The notes under the pieces were generated by a model. The model was not told the origin of the DNA and searched no databases. It worked only from the letters and a program-made list of their open reading frames with translations. The translations under genes and the position numbers were made by a program. 64,000 nt of DNA from Ostrea edulis (taxonomy: Eukaryota), in contig NC_079167.1 of assembly GCF_947568905.1 (NCBI RefSeq), positions 83,204,001 to 83,268,000 on the forward strand, given 5' to 3'. Below, piece by piece: positions 59,158 to 64,000 of the stretch. The first letter of the stretch is position 1; each line of letters starts with the position of its first letter.

Positions 59158-60835
59158 GGTTTTTGATGTTGGAGTTGTAGATGTACTCTTGTATATTAGG
59201 GGTACACAGGTCTGACCCTCAGGGATCTGCTGTGGGTTCTTTGATGTGTGAGGCTTGACCCTGTTGATAGACCTTTGTGTATTAGGGGTCTACAGGTCTT
59301 GGAGATAAGATGTGGGTCAGTCCTTTGATGTGTGAAGTTTGGGGGCTGTAGATATACCCATGTGTATTAGGGGTACACCAGCTCAATGGGTAGAGTGTTT
59401 GAGTGGTGTGTCCTTGGGAAGTTTGAGGCCTCAGGGCATGCTCCAGGTCTACCTGGGACTACTTGGTGTGTGAATTTGGGGTACACACATTCACACCTCT
59501 GTTCTGCACCTGGCTACCTGGGAGGACTTGGTGTGTGGATTGGGGGTACACCTAGAACTTCTAGGCCTGTTGATTTAGGGTACACACATTCACACCTCTA
59601 GTGTTTGTTCAAACAAATATTTTCCAGAGTTGCTCAGTAGAAAATAAAACTTCTACAAAATTTATGATTTTTTTTTACTCTACTTTGCCTTTTTTTTTTA
59701 CAAACTTGTGAAATTCTATACATGTTTCCATGATTTCAATGTGTCCCATGATTTGTGTGTACATGTTTGTTTTAGATGTAAAGCATTGTGTGATAAATCC
59801 TTGGTCTTTTGGGGGTGGGTGTTTGTTTAGATTTTTTTTTCTTTTTGGTTTAATGCACTAGGATAAAATATGACATTTTGGAGACAGAAAAATCTAATCA
59901 ATATTTTTCACTTTCTAGAACATTTTACCATAACTAAAGTATGAAAAGTCGTGATGCAATAAATTTGATTTTAAATGAAAACATGCATATATGGTCATAT
60001 ATTATATAACAGGTTTAAATCCTAGCAGAATTTATATAACTTTTCTTGGTGATGAATTTCACAAGACAGTATTGGGCTGTAAGTTCTTACATTCAACTTA
60101 TAGTAATTATCAATTTTTTAATTAAATAAAATTTACAGGGCATAACAGCAAAATGATTTCATGGAGAGAAAAAACTTACAATCATTAGAATCGTGTTTAA
60201 AGTAATGTGTTGGTTGTATTTTTGCTATTTTTTTTCATTGGTTGCAGTAAGAAGGAGGGGGGGGGTTGTCATGGTTTTATTTTTTGATACAGACTGTTAC
60301 TTGTACATTTGCAAAATGTCTACAGACAGTGAACAAATGTACCAATTGAAAATGGTTGAAAATTTAAACAAACAAACTCCAAATTTTCCATAGTGTCTTG
60401 TAACATTTTTTTGTTAATACTATAACAACATCCTGATGCGAAACATCCCGAGTCTGTGATTTAAGTACAAAATATTTAGTTCTAACTTCAACAGATACAA
60501 TTCAGAGGAACTGGTCAACTAATAATGTTGTTTTCTTTCCAAACTTTCAATAGTATGTCGATAAACTATTATTTACAAATTTTATATTGTATAAAAATTA
60601 CAAAAAATGGATAAAGAATGGTAAAAAAGAATATTTTTGGATAACGATGAAAAAATTGTGAAATTTTTTTTAAAAAAATTTGTCATGGTACTTTTGATAT
60701 GTGAATGTTTAAATATATTTATTGATAAACTATACACAAAGATTTTACTATCTCATGATGTTACAAATTGTTATTTTTCAAAATTTCTTTTAGATTTCAC
60801 CAAATACTAAGAAAATAAACACAACATGTCTTGTG

Positions 60836-60968
60836 ATTGGCCAGTCTTTCAGTGTTCTGTCGACTGTGATTGGTTGTCGCCAGCGCTATATAGGAACACT
60901 GGAGCCCAGGGAGGGGACATTAACTTGTATCTACCTGAGGCCATCACACCTGTCAACAGATGGTAAGT
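60836..60968 (+). promoter_or_regulatory. Promoter and first exon of an unidentified gene
   Basis: ATTGG at 60836 and 60869, TATATA at 60887-60892, exon ending ATG (60960-60962) followed by GTAAGT. Confidence 0.6.
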
Positions 60969-62586
60969 ACCTCTTCCTGTGGGGTTAGTTTAATGCTTCT
61001 GTTTTATGTTTAATGTACTAGCTGACAGTCAGTACATGTTAATTCAGAAACTTATAAGTACAAATTTTTCTCCATAGTTCATTACAAAATTTCATACAAT
61101 TAAAAATTAAAACAATCTAAACAATGCTTTTACTTTGAGAAATCAAGATTTAAAAATTATCTTGGGGAAAAATTTATATTAAACTATGTTATTTTCATAA
61201 CAAAAGCTAATAACAAAGTTATCAAAACATATTATAATTTATTCTATTTGATTATGTAAATTCATGGATTGAGAAATTAATGGACAAATATTGAGTCAGT
61301 GTACAACAACTTTGATCTTGTCTAATTTGTCGTCTATTATATTTTAGTAATTAATTGAAACATAATTTCAAAATTATGCAAAGGAAAATTTTGTTTTATG
61401 TGTATTTTAAATAAACATAGATAGAATTTTAAATTTTACAAACAAAATGTATTTTTTGTATACATACCACATACATGCAAAGTATTGTTTATGTTTTCTG
61501 ATCAAAGTTTATTGTCTGTCCAATCTGATTATGCCCCCCCCCCCTTTCTCTTCAGTGTAAGAAGGAGGGTGGTTTTAATCAACTGTTGTCTATCTATAAC
61601 AACACATTTCCAACTCACACAGAAACACTCAATGGACAGTTATACACTCAATTTCATTCAGGGAAATTCCTTGGGTAGAGGAGGATTAAAGTTTTGTTTC
61701 ATTCCTTTCCAGGGGAGATAATCAGGAAACAGTGGCAATATGATTGGGTGACATATAAGAATCTTCCCAAGAACCTATAGGTCAGAAAAAGACATATCCC
61801 CCATGTAGAATATTGGTTTTTGATAGAATGGTCAATGAGGCACTAAAGGTCAATACATCATTAATTACAGATCGTACAGTTATGTCCAAGTTCACAGGAG
61901 AAAAATCCTAGGTATGCATGCAGTTATGTCCCATGATTAAGTTCACAACTTTGATAACTTTTTCACTGTTAGCAGATTCTTGGAATAGTTTTGAAATATT
62001 TGTCTCATCAACTACTTCAGAGATGTGAGCAGTTGAACATTTGTAATTATATGTGCCTAAATATTCTGAAAAACATCTTCTGCCAATTGTCATTTAAAAT
62101 GTGTGTGTTTACAGCAAAAAATTTTCTTCAAGTCAATGTTGTAGTGAATCTGTAAAGTTTTGCCTCAAATAGTGTCTGTAAATATTATCTCAAATAAGTT
62201 TTACATCTAATAGTTTCAATAGTGAATCTTCCCCAGGTATGATTAATGTTCTTAAATGTTTTGATTGTCTGTTGTATTTTATGCTCCTCCATGGAATGGT
62301 GTTACCCTCTTCCATCACAGTTCAGTTTCCATTCATTATGTCTGCTATGGATGCACATATTCAATTGATATATGGTACATTATAAGATACTATATGGAAA
62401 GATCTAGGTCAATTATACATATGCCACAAGAATATACACAGGTCAAATTTGTATTTGGATCAAGTCAAAAAACATTTTATAGAGTTATGCCCCTTGGACA
62501 ATTCATAGTTTTTGCTCAATCATTAGGACATTTTGAATTGAATCATTGGAATATTACTATATGATTTTAGTCAGATGATTATAAGA

Positions 62587-63480
62587 CTCTCTTATGAGTA
62601 ACCATGAAATATAAGGTGATTCCACCCGAGGGTTGTAAAAAAGCTGTGAAACCCCGAGGCTTTGCCGAGGGTTTTACCGCTTTTTTGCAACCCTGAGGGT
62701 GGAATCACCTTAATATTTCATGGCAACTCATAAGAGAGTATTTTTCTCTCATATTTCTGGAAGTTTTCCTTGTGCCTAGGGATGCCATTTTGAGAATTTT
62801 CCAATTAATTTTTCGCTTTACATTATAAATAACACCAGAATCAAATTCTACGACCTTCATTTTGGCAACTACGTTGCTGACAAAAAAATCGGCCGACGAG
62901 TGTATAAGTGAATTGTATTAGAGTTATTCCTCTTTGAATAAATCAATAATCAGGGTGATGTGTGATGTCACTCGGCAGTCCATCAGCGCGAAACATTTTG
63001 ACAGACCTAATCAGAATCTGAATCCACAACTACACGCTTTCTTCTTAAAGGAGCATTGATATTGATATTAATTGAGCAGTTATTTAATGACGAGTGTGTG
63101 AAGAGAGATTCCAAGTGGTTTTTGTTGGTGGATATGGGCATGGCTAGACTTTCTTTTTCCACACATGCAAGGACTCGAGTTTCATGTTTCACCTGAGACA
63201 CATATAGGGACAGTAGACGTTGGCAGAGTGAATGTGGAGGTAGGCCTAGAACTAGTAGGCTGGGTTTCTGTGAACTGGCATAATGCACCGGATGACATAG
63301 ATGTACTCGACAGCATTTTCGATATGAGGAATTTGTGACTGTTGTTGAATGTGCGGTAGTTGTCCAAGGAATGTGTATTTTTGTGTCCGGTCACATACAC
63401 CTGGAGATTATCAGGGACATTAGAGTCATTTTTTGTACAAGAGCTTTGTGGACACTAGTGTTTGTCAATCAAGGCAAGTT
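62587..63480 (-). mobile_element. Crypton-like element remnant: decayed tyrosine-recombinase C-terminus plus a 152-bp terminal palindrome
   Basis: The minus strand reads LTNTSVHKALVQK / NDSNVPDNLQVYVTGHKNTHSLDNYR / ...SLNNCSININ...RRKRVVVDSDSD* across frameshifts; palindrome at 62587-62738. Confidence 0.65.
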
Positions 63481-64000
63481 GCAGGCTAGTTGTGTATTGA
63501 TTATTACGTCATGGGACATGAAAGATAAACGTCTTGTGATATGAAAGATAGAAATATTACATAGAATATCTGTATCTTACATACGTAGATATGAGAGAAA
63601 TAGATATATTTAGATTTATCATGAGAATATGCAAGTCAGGATATGATGTGGTTCCAGTTAGATAATGTTTGCAGAGTTATGCCCCTTGGACATAGAAAAT
63701 TTTAAACAATTAAGGTTCTACTCATCATCTTAGTCATACATGACATATTTGATTAAAATTTTAGATATAGATATATCATGGGAATATGATGGTCAAGTAC
63801 TTAAATGGGTCCAGTTGGATAAAGAAGTAGGTACAGTTTCTAAAGTCATCTGGCCCAAAATATCAATGATTTCACTTGGAGCTCAAACCCTGGCATTCAA
63901 ATAAGGAATAGATTAGCAAACAAAAAATTCGCTCAATTTGATCAGCAACATGATTTGTGCCAAATGACAAGAACTTGAAGTTGGCATAAAATTGCAAAAA

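Noticed and set aside
60822-60873. ER-stress response element (CCAAT-N9-CCACG)
   Set aside because: Neither ATTGG has CGTGG at the required 9-nt spacing.

Overview
AT-rich eukaryotic (metazoan) genomic DNA with GT-AG introns. The repeat families (Helentron-associated/Pearl-like elements, Kolobok, Crypton-like and Penelope-like remnants) suggest an oyster-type bivalve; this is inference, not a database match. I reconstructed by hand the 3' end of an SLC1A glutamate transporter (+), RABGGTA (+), a Sec-less SELENOI/EPT1 (-), a poly(U) endoribonuclease ENDOU (+), PITHD1 (-), PDCD2 (+), and the promoter and first exon of an unidentified gene (+). SELENOI/ENDOU and PITHD1/PDCD2 are head-to-head pairs; the second pair shares a perfect four-pentamer heat-shock element. 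The top finding is a complete 518-bp miniature LTR retrotransposon in an ENDOU intron. Its 147-bp LTRs carry the 5S rRNA Pol III internal promoter (Cassandra/Ajax-like), and it has a PBS, a PPT and a 4-bp TSD. tRNA-Thr-carrying TRIMs (Helenus-like) occur in the same window. Other patterns: many tandem duplications copy splice sites or stop codons, and two long palindromes share a central motif, one beside a decayed tyrosine-recombinase ORF. There is a 200-N assembly gap at 10363-10562. All coordinates were counted by eye.
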